Below are positions 26,801-40,502 of a DNA stretch of 64,000 nt, in pieces. The stretch is from positions 111,538,001 through 111,602,000 of the forward strand of contig OX597818.1 in the NCBI GenBank assembly GCA_951406725.2. Reading direction: 5' to 3'. Origin of the DNA: Octopus vulgaris. Taxonomy: Eukaryota. The position numbers and the translations under genes are program-made. Each line of letters begins with the position of its first letter. Position 1 is the stretch's first letter. The notes beneath the pieces were generated by a model. The model was not told where the DNA came from. It worked only from the letters and a program-made list of their open reading frames with translations, and ran no database searches.

Positions 26801-27899
26801 AGGAAATGAATTATATACAAGGATTATGGCTGAAGTTGATTCTGAAACGTAATTTAATTAAATGAAAGGATGTTGTTAGCAATGTATTTATAGAAAAGAA
26901 AAGATGTGCACCGCATAAACTAATGTATTTTGTGAATGTGAATGGTAGATTCTCCACTAATAATAGTGAACAATTAGCTTTTAGTTAATGAGCCAAATAT
27001 ACATCTGTTGCTACAAGGGAACTGGAGGTATAAACAATTGAGTAACCACAAACACGTTTCCCTTAACGCAACTCTGAAACCGAATCAGAGACATAGCGTG
27101 ACAAGATGGTACCTTTGAAGGACAGGCACAATCCAGAAAGAATGACTAAGAAATAAATAAATAAAGAAAGAAAGAAATAAAGAAAGAAGGAAAGAAGGAA
27201 AAAAGGAAGCAAAGCGATCACATGGTTGGAATAGCATTTGACTCAAGAATCTCATAAGAATAGTAAGATCCTGGTCAAATATGGCGGTCTGTTTGACACT
27301 CTAACGTTTCTGCGCGTGAAACAATGTTGAGATGTCCAGTTCGAAACTGACCAAGCAGAGTGAAATTGTTGACCGCAACAAGAAGCAAACAAACGCTCCC
27401 AGATTTCCATTGTGAATGTTTCCCGCCTGTTTATTATGGCCATGCTGGAACATTTCCATCTGGCTTGTGATTGGATGTTTATAATTACAACATGACGCGT
27501 ATCAAATTGCACTTGGTGTCTAAAGTGGGTGCACGATGTTGTTTTAAGTGTATGGACAAATGGAATGTTGAGAGGTTCGTGCCGTAACCAAGGATATTAG
27601 TTCCACCAGCGGTTGCTGTCAGTTTCAGTTAATGGGGAACATGAACTCTGTATTGCACGCAGTAAAAGAATACCAACAATGAAATATAAAACAAGAGGAG
27701 GAAGAGATGGAGAAAGAGGAGGAAGAGATGGAGGAGAAGGCAAATGTTATTTGAAGTACAAATTATTGTTACTTGAATAAAAGAAGACGATGCCATTGTG
27801 ATGTGTTCCAAGCTCGTGAGACAAGGAAGCAAATTTGTAGACGAGGTTTATTTAACGACATTCCCTGTCGTACATAACAACTACTTGCTTTATTGATTA

Positions 27900-28620
27900 C
27901 GGTGGAATCGATAAAAAAAAGTAAACCCTGACGGAATTTGAGCACATGGACCGCAACCAAGGAGGGAGGCAAAATAAACAAGGGTAAAAGGTGCAGTGTT
28001 GACTCGAACGAAACAATAAGAAAAGAGATAGAAGGCTCGAGCAAGTTTCTTTACATCAAGTCTTCAGACAATATTCTGTAATACCTCCAGCCATGAAAGA
28101 GCGAAGCATTGTTGACGATGGTAATAACATCCATGGAAAAGTTTTATAACATCTGGACTAGCAAACGTGTCCCAACTAAATTAAAAGTAAGGCTAGTGCG
28201 CATGCTCATCTGGCCAGTGGTTATTTATGGTTGTGAAGCATAGACTCTGAACAAATTTGGAGAGAGAATAACGTGTTTGAAATGTGAGTTTTTATAGGAG
28301 AACGTTATGAGTCTCTTACAAGGACACTCGGCTATTCGTGTGGGTGCTACAACAAGGCGGTTAAAGACGACAACTCTTGAACATTGTGAAAAAGACAAAA
28401 GGTCATCTATTATGGCCGCATTCGAAGAAGCAGAGGTTTAGAAAACATTATTATGGAAGAAAGAGTAGAGGGCAGAAGATGAGGCAGACAGAGAATGCAA
28501 TGAAAGGACAATATCAGGAACTAGTTAGACAAAAGTGGCAAGGTAACAGGAGAACTCGCACTTAATCAGGAAGACTTTCGTTGTGGCGACACCAATGCTC
28601 TGCAGGCGTACGGTACATGA
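27900..28620 (+). mobile_element. Decayed RTE-clade LINE, 3' part of RT
   Basis: IWTSKRVPTKLKVRLVRMLIWPVVIYGCEA*TL followed by YYGRI...LENIIMEG-like segments. Confidence 0.8.
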
Positions 28621-28747
28621 GGACGATCAATGACGAAGAGTTTTCATCAGATTTGGAAAAAATCAAAATTTTCCTGCTGCGAAATCACATACGATTGCGA
28701 GTGAAAGACAAGAAAAAGAAATAGAACAGTTTATCTGCTCTCTGTTG

Positions 28748-29167
28748 TCTTTTACTTGTTATAGCCATTACGCTGTGGCCATGCTGGGACATTGCCTTGA
28801 AGAGTTTTTAATCGAAACAATTGATCTCAGCACTTTTTAAAAGCCTGGTACTTATTCTATCGTTTTATTTTGTCGAACCACTACGTTACATAGACGTAAC
28901 ACCGGTTGTCAAGCGGTGGATGGGGACACTTATAGACAGACAGACAGACAGATAGACAGACACACGCATACACACGTGCTCGCATACACACACATACAAT
29001 CTGGTCGGCCTTCTTTCAGTTTCCGTCTTCCAAATCCACTTACAAGGCTTCGGTCGGCCCGAGGATATAGTAGAAGACACTTGCCTAAGGCGCCACGCAA
29101 TAGGACTGAACCCGGAACCATGTGGTTGGTAAGCAAGCTTCTTACCACACAGCCCCACCCGCGCCTG
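28748..29167 (-). mobile_element. SINE family B, full length
   Basis: Reverse complement of the head ggcgc...ggctgtgtggtaagaagcttgcttaccaaccacatggttccgggttcagtcc. Confidence 0.9.
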
Positions 29168-29391
29168 TGATTGTTGATTGTCTTTATTGAATTTCGTTTA
29201 TATCACCAACACCAATGATAGAGGCATTAATTTAACAACTTCCAATTGTTACTACTGCATAAAATTGAGCGAATGTACCTGCATATAAAACCCGCTCCAT
29301 TCTTATACTGACGTTGTCGTGTGTAACGCTAAACAGTACTTCTGACATTTGACCTTAACCACAAGAGATGACTGCTTCATGTTTCCGTTAC

Positions 29392-29612
29392 GTTTGCCAA
29401 CTTCGAAACACATTCAATAGGGTATTGATCTCTTTCAGCTCTTTGGGGAATTTGATTATGGAAGTTGTATTCAATATTGGACGACTTTTGAATGAATAGA
29501 GATTGCCAAATGCCTTCCGCAATTTCCCGTTTTCCAAGTCAGCATCTAAAGCTGAGAGCGATAAGCATGACGTGTAAAGCAACACAATACTCCACAGTAT
29601 CAAATCAGTTTT
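29392..29612 (-). CDS. Candidate coding exon (signal-peptide-like N-terminus), product unknown
   Basis: Acceptor ttcag| at 29613; 221 nt open as KTDLILWSIVLLYTSCLSLSALDAD...RSWQ; donor |gtaacg at 29391. No homology recognised. Confidence 0.3.
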
Positions 29613-29728
29613 CTGAAGTGTGTTAATTGTTGTTGTTACGACCTAGATCAACCTGTATTGAGCAGGTATACGATCAACTCTACTCCAGGTGTGACTAAGT
29701 TTTTCTTTTTTATTTTGATTTTTCAACA

Positions 29729-30140
29729 TAGGCGCAAACAAGGCTGTATGGTGAGAAGTCTGCTTCCCAACCACATGGTTCCAGGTTCAGTCCTACTGCG
29801 TGGCACTTTGGGCAAGTGTCTTCTACTATAGCCTCAAGGTGACCGAGGCTTTGTGAGTGGAGCTGGAAGACGGAAACTGAGAGAAACTCCTAATATTTAT
29901 ATATGTGTGTGCGTGTGTGTGTTTGTGTGTATGTGTGTGTGTGTTTGTGTCTGTGCTTGTCCCTCACAGGCGCTTGACAACCGGCGTCGAATTAGTGGTT
30001 TGACAAAAGAGACCGAGATAATAAGAATCCGGCTTTAAAAAACATAAATACTGGGGCCGATTTGATGGACAAAAATTCGTCAATCCAGTGCTCCAGTATG
30101 GCCACTTTTAATGACTGAAACATGTAAAAGGTAAAAGATA
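29729..30140 (+). mobile_element. SINE family B
   Basis: ggcgca...ggctgtatggtgagaagtctgcttcccaaccacatggttccaggttcagtcc. Confidence 0.88.
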
Positions 30141-30214
30141 CACACATACACAAAAACACACAGACACATTGACACACAGACATACATACACACACACACA
30201 TATCAGTTTCACCT

Positions 30215-30480
30215 TAGTGGTGTGGCCATGCTGTAGCACCGCCGTTTTGCTACACTGTTATTATTAAAAGCCTCCTCTGATGAGTGAAAAAGAGAGTTTA
30301 ATGTCGCTTCCCTCGTTTGCACCTCTTGCCGCAAGATAAGTTCATCTGGGACTCTCGATAGGAAGAGATCCAGTTTTGATTTGAAAACATCTACATCCAG
30401 TTTCTGTAGGTCCCTTAGACTCTTTGAGAGAATATTAAAAAGCTGTGGGACCCTGAAAGCCAGGCTGTTGCCAAATATCC
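30215..30480 (-). mobile_element. CR1-like LINE 3' end
   Basis: NSLAFRVPQLFNILSKSLRDL...VDVFKSKLDLFLSRVPDE is a typical invertebrate CR1-group ORF2 C-terminus. Confidence 0.75.
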
Positions 30481-30904
30481 CAGTAATGCGATCGCGCTTC
30501 AGGAACAGTTGCTGCAACAGCCTGGCTTTCAACATATACTGCGTACAGCATATTTAATCATAGCGATGTGTTTTCTGCAAAAATTCTCAACAAATATATG
30601 ACGAATTATTTAGGGACACAATATAATGAAAATCGGGGTATTTTTACCTCAGAGGAAATAATCTCCTCAGAACGTTATGTTTCGAGATCTATATCTATCT
30701 TCAAGCATTCGAGTTTGACAGAATTCTTTTACGGCCTATAGTCACTCTGGGTTAAACGGAAAACAAACAGGGGCTTACAACTATGCCGAAAAGGGGACAC
30801 AGTTATATTCAAATGAATGAAAAAAATAACAGCTAGAAAAAAGTGTAGAGCAACATGGAATTATCTTCCTAGAATCATACGTACCTATCACTACTTGTAG
30901 TGAA

Positions 30905-31276
30905 AGATATGCGTATGCGTGTATATGTGTGGGAGAGAGAGAGAGAGTGAGAGTGTGTATGTGTGTTTGTGAGTGTATATATATATTATGTATATAGATA
31001 GGTAGGTAGATAGGGAAATAGATCGATGAATAGATAGATAAGTGTGTGTATGCACGCACGCACGCACGCAAACGTATATGCTTACAAACACGTATATATA
31101 TATGAGTATGTGCATATATATATATATGTGTATGTGTATACACACACAAACATATATGTATATACATACCAACAGATATATATATAAACTCTCTCTCTCT
31201 ATATATATACATAAATATTTGTATATATATATAAATACACACACATATATATATATACACGTATATATACATGTAT

Positions 31277-31324
<48 letters not shown>

Positions 31325-31450
31325 GTATACAGAGAAAGACAGAGAGAGAGAGAGAGAGAGAAAGGAGAAAGAGGGAAGGAAACACACATATATATATATC
31401 TATATATATGTGTGTGTGTGTGTTTATGTATGTATGTATATATATATATG
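30905..31450. repeat. Compound TA/CA/GA microsatellite region
   Basis: Direct reading. Confidence 0.9.
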
Positions 31451-32228
31451 TTAGTGTCTCTGTATTTATCTATGCACAATAAAATAAATATCTTGCCAGT
31501 AAACAACGACGAGCTGTTTGATGCATCTTTCATGATTATCATGTACATCTTTTCGTTTCATTATTGCTCCGCCACACCATGTAGCTAAAATGTTTTAATT
31601 TTTGCAGTATAACTTTATTAATTCCGCTCGTTTTTGGTTTCTTTTTTTGTCCCTCTTTTTCGGATTTATCTTTGTTATATTTTTCAAAACACACATACAC
31701 ACACAAAAAAAAAATCTACCACTCTTCTAAAATATGACAGCAAAGTTATCATATCAAGGAATGTTCATGTCACCAATATTTTATCTCCTACATTTTTTTT
31801 ATAGTTCCTTTGTTGTTGTTAGGAATATTTTTTTTTAATTTTCTTTCTTCACAGATGGACAAAGTTCGATAATCATGAGTGTAAAAGCAAATGAAAATAA
31901 AAACGGTAAAGAAACGAAACCATAAAATATAAACAAACTCGTTGTATCTACAGAGGAAACGTAAAAGCTGTTATCACCAATATGGATGTAATAAAAGAAG
32001 CTGATAAAAGAATAACGCATGATAATATCCATATATAAAAGCGCATTACTTCACTTGCTCCTGAGTTATCACTTCTATACAACACTCCTCCCCCCAGCAC
32101 CTTTTTAATGCAACTTATACGCACCTCATTATTGTCGCCGTTATTGATTTGAACACTACCCGAAATATTTCAGTACATCTGATTCACACTTTGAATATAT
32201 TTTCGAATATGTGGGAGGAAGTATGGAC

Positions 32229-33056
<828 letters not shown>

Positions 33057-33464
33057 AACCCGCCCAAAATAAAAAAAAGGAAACACATTCGTATAACTGT
33101 AGAGATTCCTGAAGTAAATGCATGCAGAGATGTGGATATAAATACAAAACATTAAAAAAACACTTTTTATGAAGTGAAACGTCTTTTTGCATAAGTGAGA
33201 TCCTGCCTTTATACATTTGGGTGCATCTCTTGCTTAGCTTTTCCCTTCATATTTCATGTAACTTAGCTTCTTTGTCCCCCAAAATAAATTTCACGTGATG
33301 AAACATTTATGAAAGGAATATGGGTTGGTGTTAAAATCCACCTCAACTTAAAATATAGATTCTAAGAATCATAATTTCGTCACCAGTTTCTCCATTGTTT
33401 TTTACGAAATCTAAAAATTCCCATATAGCCTCATAAGTATGATTTGTCTTCTAATCAAATTAAT

Positions 33465-33782
33465 TGTGTAAGTCAGTGCTTAGGATATTCGGCTCACCAT
33501 CTTTAGGTGGTGAGTTCGATTCCCGACGACTCGTTGCGACCTTGAACAAGACACTTAATTTCTCAGTGGAGCAACCCATTCAACTGGCAAAATGAGCTGT
33601 ACCTGTAATTCACTGGGCCAGCCTTGTCACATATTCTGCTCGCTGAATCTCCTTGTGAACTACATTAAAGGCACACATGTCTGTGGAGCTCTCAGCCACT
33701 TTCACGTTAATTTAATGAGCAGGCTGTTCTGTTGATTGGACTGACTGGAATACCCGTCGTTAAAACCAACGGAAAGCCACGC
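33465..33782 (+). mobile_element. SINE family C
   Basis: tRNA-like head with B box gagttcgattccc; body ccttgaacaagacactt...ccagccttgtcaca...gagcaggctgtt. Confidence 0.8.
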
Positions 33783-34559
33783 CATGAAAAAGGCATTATG
33801 GCGGCTCTCGTTTGTTATTCCAAAAAGACACACACACAAATACATGCACACACATGCGTACTCGCACCAATATCTTTGTTTGTTTACCAGAAAAATGTTG
33901 ATGCCAGTCCCCTTTCATACTAATCTATCCCATTACAGTTTGTCACGTACAGTTTTGGTTGCTAAACTAACGAAAACTGACAATAGTTGGCAGAGTTTTT
34001 ATAAAGAAATCAGGACTATTATACGCCCAGAAGAGGCAGGGAATGCTCATCACATTTGTTTGTAGCAAGGGAATCTTCTGATAACTGCTGCTGATGTTTA
34101 GTCTGAGAGTCAGTTTGAGGAATCTTTCAGGGTAATATTTAATATTGCGAGAATTCCAGGAAACCAAAATTCTGCAAATGAAATATGAAGACGAATGATG
34201 AAAGCGTTTAAAGCTCTTTTAGAGTGCTCATAGGTAGTAGTGTCGATATAAGAAGCAGACTAATCAGGATATAATAGGAAAATGGCTACAAAAGAGGAAA
34301 AATATCTGTAGTTGTAAATTCAGAAGAAGCGAGCGTAGAAGAAAATGTGTGTTGAACAAATTTTGGGCTGTTGTCCAACGGGCGATTTTTACTTTCTCTC
34401 TGGTACGTATCTATTGGGGGCAACTAAATAGCAGTTGTACTAGAATTGTGGATGGTCAAGGACTGACCAGAAGTTTATTATTTTCTAGGTAGCAGGAGAC
34501 AGTTTAATGTTTATGATGCAACTTATGACAACGTTGTAGGGGTGTGGCCATTTGCGAAA

Positions 34560-34977
34560 TATATGTGTGTGTGAGTGTGCCTTTGTTTATCCCTCGCCAC
34601 TGGTTGACCATCGGTGCAGGTTTGTTTACGTCCTCGTAAATGAACGTTTCGGCAAATGAGACGGGGAGAATAAATAATAGGTTTCAATGAAAACGAAAAT
34701 AAGGACTGGGGTCGATTCATTCGACTAAAAAGTCTTCAAGGCAGTGCCCCAGTATGGCCGAACTCATGGCGATGCCCCAGCATGGCCACAGTCAAACTGA
34801 CTGAATAAGTAAAGGAATATATATGTGGCTGTGTGTTAAGTAGCTTGCTTGCCAACCATATGGTTCCGGGTTCAGTTCCACTGCGTGGAACCTTGGGCAA
34901 GTGTCTTCTAATATAGCCTCGGGCAGACTAAAGCTTTGTGAGTGGATTTGGTAGACGGAAACCGAAAGAAACCCGTC

Positions 34978-35031
<54 letters not shown>

Positions 35032-35235
35032 GTGTGTGTGTATTTGTTTCACAACATAGCTTGACAACCTATGCTGGTGTGTTTACGTCCCTGTAACTTA
35101 GTGGTCCGGCAAAAGAGACCGATAGAATAAGTATCACGCTTACAAAGAGTAAGTCTTGGGGTAGATTTGCTCGTCAGAAGGCGATGCTCCAGCATGGCCG
35201 CAATCAAATGACTGAAACAAATAGAAGAATAAAAG
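34560..35235 (+). mobile_element. Two tandem SINE B copies (3' part 34560-34815; near full-length 34825-35235)
   Basis: Matches the family B consensus. Confidence 0.85.
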
Positions 35236-35239
35236 AACG

Positions 35240-35530
35240 TATATGTGACCTCGTGTGTACCGTTGGCGATGTTTTTTTCCTCTGTCTTCCCTTCTCTGGA
35301 TCTTTCTTTCTCCTATGTTTCCGACGAAGAGCTCCGCTCGAAACGTTAATAATAATAATAATGATTTCAAATTATTACCACAAGGCAAAAGTCGATTACA
35401 TCGATCCCAGTGCATAATTGGTACTTGTTTAATCCACCCTTCTTTCCTGAGTGTCCAATAATACTATATTTGTTCCACGTCCTCGCGTCGTTGTGTTTTT
35501 TTTGTGTTTTCTTGTTTGGATTAACTTTAT
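35240..35530 (+). mobile_element. Hammerhead-bearing short repeat interrupted by an 85-bp insertion, ending in (TA)n
   Basis: gttt-CCGACGA-a-GAGC tcc GCTC-GAAA-cgtt-aa at 35317-35349; the element appears to resume at 35436. Confidence 0.65.
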
Positions 35531-36044
35531 ATATATATATACATACACATATATGCACACACAAGTGCAAGCAAACAAACAAGCACACACACGCACGCAT
35601 GCACACACACACACACGCACACACATACACACGCACACACATGTATTGTTTTATATATTCTCATAAATGTAAAGCTTGAATAGGCTAAGCATTCTCTACG
35701 GTTCGTGAGAGTTTGCCAGGTTAATTATGTTGGTTATTGGACACGGTTGAATGAACATTGAGAGAACGTCGTCCAAGCAAGTCTCTCTCTCTCTCTCTCT
35801 CTCTCTCTTCCCCCACGATGAAAACGGTTGTAATATTGTATGGAGTTAATAATCTCTTGTGAAGCATGATTCATTGCTGAATGTTGTGGTGTGTTGTTTT
35901 ACATAAGGAAGTGTTCGGGTTCATTATATTCGGTTGTTTCTCATGAAATGTCGTATTTGAAAGGTAACATTAAAATGTTTCAGATGTGTTAGAGAACTGA
36001 TTTATTTAATCAAAGTATGATGCATGTTCATTTATGACGCTCAC

Positions 36045-36306
36045 CCATTTCTTTACTACCCTCAAGGGGCTAAACACAGAGAGGACAAACAAGAACAGAC
36101 AAACGGATTAAGTCGATTATATCGACCCCAGAGCGTAACTGCTACTTATCTAATCGACCCCAAGGCGTAACTGCTACTTATCTAATCGACCCCAGGGCGT
36201 AACTGCTACTTATCTAATCGACCCCAGGGCGTAACTGCTACTTATCTAATCGACCCCAGGGCGTAACTGCTACTTATCTAATCGACCCCGAAAGGATGAA
36301 AGGCAA
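36045..36306 (-). mobile_element. SINE family A 3' part with internal 5 x 32-bp minisatellite
   Basis: Unit atcgacccca(g/a)(a/g)gcgtaactgctacttatcta starts at 36121, 36153, 36185, 36217 and 36249. Confidence 0.9.
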
Positions 36307-36310
36307 CTAT

Positions 36311-36915
36311 GCCTTTTAACCATTCGTGGTCGATTAAACAAGTACCAATTATGCACTGGGATCGATGTAATCGACTTTTGCCTTGTGGTAATAATTTGAA
36401 ATCATTATTATTATTACCCAAATTAAGGCGGCGTGGTGGCAGAATCGTTTGCATGCCGGTCAAAATGCTTGGCAGCATTTCGTCCGTCTTTAAGCTCTGA
36501 GAACAAATTCCACTGAGGTCGAATTTGCTTTTCATTCCTTCGGAGTCAATAGAATAAATAACAGTCTATGTAATCAACTTGCCCCCTCCCCTCAAAAACT
36601 ACTGGCACTCTGCCAAAATTTGAAACCATTATTACCCAAACTGAAGAATAATGAACTTCGGGAAAGACTAGTAATTACACCAAAATTAAAGAAAAGAGAC
36701 AACTTCGAACAATTCGCAAGACTGAAAATTTGGGTGACGGGGGTGGGGGAGAGTTTATCGATTTCATTGATGCTAGTATTTATTTCATTGACATCGAAAA
36801 GATGGAAAACAAAGTCGACCTCAGTGGAATTCGAACTCAGAACGTGAAGCCAGGAGAAATGTTGTGAAGAATTTTTTTGTCCGGCGCGGTAATGATTCTG
36901 CCAGCTTGCCGCTTT
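36311..36915. mobile_element. SINE A cluster (plus fragment 36311-36416, plus copy 36426-36635, minus copy 36720-36915)
   Basis: Matches the family A consensus in both orientations. Confidence 0.85.
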
Positions 36916-37410
36916 ACTTCAAGCTGATGATAAATATTACTGAAAATTTTCTGTGCAAAGCAACTGAGGTAAACAGAGAGAGAGAGTTTTCAGAAAAGGT
37001 GAAGCTGACCAGATTAAATAAATGATAATGACATACAGTGGAGAGAAGAGCTCCGGCGATATGGCGCCAATAATCTCTCTCTCTCTCTCTCTCTCTTTCT
37101 CACACACACACATTCTGGAACACATATGCATTTGCACATACCCGATATAATGTCTTGAAGTTTGGAAGTGCCATTGGATCAACAGCTTATTTCTTGGAAT
37201 AAGTCTTAATATTTGCGCCAAGATAATCAAGTATCTATTATCTTTTTCCAGTAAAATAAACCAGTGTTGTAATCCCGATGTAATGAAGTCAAAATGCCGG
37301 TATCTATCCGTCTGCGTTTGATTGCTATTCTGTGTGACACGCTTATGTGTTTGGGAATGATTTCTTCCTTTATGCCTCTGCATGAGAGAGAAAGAGAGCA
37401 AGAGAGAGAG

Positions 37411-37488
<78 letters not shown>

Positions 37489-37994
37489 CAAGTGAGAGAA
37501 AGAAAGGGAAGGAAATAGAATGCGCGTGCGTGTGCATTGGTATTTCTGTTTCTTTCATCTTTCGCCGCCTTTCGTTAATCCTTTATCTTTCTGCTCAGCA
37601 TCAGCTTTCAATTGAATTTTCCCAGCAATCAATTAAATATTTCACACATCGCTATGTTTCTGTTTTACCATTCCCATCTGGTTTTATTAATCTTCACAAT
37701 TTTGACAGTTGCTAATAACGACCAGGAATCGACTCCTCCATGGCATATTACCTGCAAACATCGTCATAAGAACTTTCACACTTCAGGATATAATTCTAGG
37801 CCACTCTCAACTTAAAGGATCTCGACCAACGCTAATTAATTGCTAGAGGTTTCTAATTAACGAATTCAGACTCTTTACCATTTCAAAATGAATCCATTTA
37901 ATGTTCATTTTATTTATTGGTTTCTGTCTCAAAAGAAATCCCTTTTTTTAAAAATTTTTAATTTACTTTACCATTCACCATTTATCTATTCCCT

Positions 37995-38175
37995 ATTGTC
38001 TGTCATTAGACTGCGGCCATGCTGGGGCACTGCCTTGAAGCTTTTCAGTCGAATGAATCGAAACCCGGACTTATTGATTTAGGCCGAGTAATTAATCTTT
38101 TTGCCGAACCGCTAAGTTAAGAGGAAGTAAACGCACCAACACCGGGTGGTAGAGGGACAAACACACTCACAGACA
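37995..38175 (-). mobile_element. SINE family B 3' part
   Basis: gactgcggccatgctggggcactgcc...gccgaaccgctaagtt. Confidence 0.8.
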
Positions 38176-38369
38176 CACGCATAGACACACGTAGATGAAT
38201 ATATAATTTTGCATCACCAAACCTATACGCACGTTATTAATAATCCCTAGAATTTAATGTATGGTGGCTCGAGGACCGAGAGTTACGTGCGTTGATAAAA
38301 CTCAAGAGTCACTCTGTAACTTCTGCCGATTATCAATAAAAACATAAGTACATGTATGCGTACGCATGT

Positions 38370-38370
38370 A

Positions 38371-38444
<74 letters not shown>

Positions 38445-38451
38445 CATGTAT

Positions 38452-38483
<32 letters not shown>

Positions 38484-38613
38484 GTATATATGTATATATA
38501 TGAGTGTATGTATATATATGAGTGTATGTATTGATGTATATATATAAGTGTGTGTGTCTGTGTGTGTCTGTGTACTTATATATATACATACAATCACATA
38601 CATACATATATAT

Positions 38614-38697
<84 letters not shown>

Positions 38698-38762
38698 CAA
38701 CGGTTACCAAACTATCTCTCTCTCTCTCTCTCTTTCTCTCTCTCACACACACACACACATAC
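38370..38762. repeat. Compound TC/TA/CA microsatellite
   Basis: Direct reading. Confidence 0.9.
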
Positions 38763-39635
38763 AAACAGTGAACCAACGAGGGAGCCTGTATGTGGTCGCT
38801 CACTCTGCAACCGCTTAGAAAACGTAGGAAAATTTCGCCCTCTTCTTTGTATCCACAACGAATATAGCACTGGAATTATAAGGACATTTAGTCCACGAGA
38901 AACCCTTTCCGACCACTTAACACAGCACTTACCTTCAAGTTTATCAGAAGTTGAAAGTGAACGCCATCACCCTTGTATTACGCTTCACCGCACATCAAAA
39001 CACGATTCTGCCGGCACGTAAGTGTTGCACTAACTTGACCGACCGTCTTTTCATCAACTTCGATTTCAAAGGCGAGATACAAAAGCCTGTAACGCCCTAC
39101 CTTGGTCCATTTAAGCCAAATGCCTTCGCCAGAGAGAGAGAGAGAGAGAGCTAATGGTTCTTTTATGGCCATACTAAACTGAAAGTCCATTAAATTTTAA
39201 TAGACAGCATATGATATTTTCCGCCATACTCATTCTTTGAAGACAATAGGCATAGAAGCAAAAAATATTTTCGCGCTATAATTCTCCCAATTTCCGAGAT
39301 CGTTTATCAGAAAACATGTCATATTCTAAATATCAGACACCAGCAACAGTATTATTGTCCGCTGTGTGAATGTATTGTGGGGGATAAAGTGGGATTATCG
39401 TCACTGTAAATGTCTACATTACAAACTTAATCTGTTTCTATTTTACTTTGTATTTTACGAAATGGCGACGACAGCGTGGAATCTTATAATTCTGTTTCAT
39501 TTTTTTTAATGTCCACATTTTCCTCCTTCGTCATTTTTTTTTCTTTTTCACATCTAGAGTTTGTAAAAGCCGTAACCGCGAGCGCGTCAGAGGGACTATA
39601 TTCAGTCTGTTTTTTTCTTCTTTTTATATACATAT

Positions 39636-39807
39636 AGGCACAGGAGTGGCTGTGTGGTAAGTAGCTTGCTAACCAACCACATGGTTCCGGGTTCAGTCCC
39701 ACTGCGCGGCATCTTGGGCAACTGTCTTCTGCTATAGCCCCGGGCCGACCAATGCCTTGTGAGTGGATTTGGTAGACGGAAACTGAAAGAAGCCCGTCGT
39801 ATATGTG

Positions 39808-39862
<55 letters not shown>

Positions 39863-40097
39863 TGTGTGTGTTTGTGCATCTGTGTTTGTCCCCTAGCATT
39901 GCTTGACAACCGATGCGGGTGCGTTTATGTCCCCGTTACTTAGCGGTTCGGCAAAAGAGACCGATAGAATAAGTACTGGGTTTACAAAAGAATAAGTCCC
40001 GGGGTCGAGTTTCTCGATTAAAGGCGGTGCTCCAGCATGGCCGCAGTTAAATGACTGAAACAAGTGAAAGAGTAAAAGAGTAAAAGAGTAAAAGAGT
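39636..40097 (+). mobile_element. SINE family B, full length, young
   Basis: Head ggcacaggagtggctgtgtggtaagtagc, B-box-like gggttcagtccc, internal (TA)n, (gagtaaaa)n tail. Confidence 0.93.
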
Positions 40098-40286
40098 ATA
40101 TATTGTTATCGTATGCTCTAGACGTTGAAGAAATCATTTTAAATATTTCAAAATCAGCACTAACTTTTAAAATTAAATAAACCCTTAAAAAAAAACATTC
40201 TGTCTGCTCCGGCAACTAGGACTAAGAGGGGACTTTCTTAAGATTTCATTTTGGAAAATAATCTGATGACTCGTGCTCATTTAAAA

Positions 40287-40361
<75 letters not shown>

Positions 40362-40500
40362 CGATGATGATGATGATGATACTACTACTAATACTAATAA
40401 CAATAATATGAAGAAGAAGAAGAAGGAGGAGGAGGAGGAGGAGGAGGAGGAGAAGGAGGAAGAGGAGAAAGAGATGAAGGAGAAGAAGGAGAAGAAGAAG
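40287..40500. repeat. Compound (CTA)n/(GAT)n/(GAA/GAG)n microsatellite
   Basis: Direct reading. Confidence 0.95.
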
Positions 40501-40502
40501 AA

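Noticed and set aside
30276-30290. ctgatgagtgaaa, a perfect-looking hammerhead core
   Set aside because: No helix II or flanking helices, and it lies antisense within a CR1 fragment.
36121-36280. 32-bp repeats resembling a CRISPR array
   Set aside because: No spacers, units are contiguous, the sequence derives from SINE A, and the context is eukaryotic with no cas genes.
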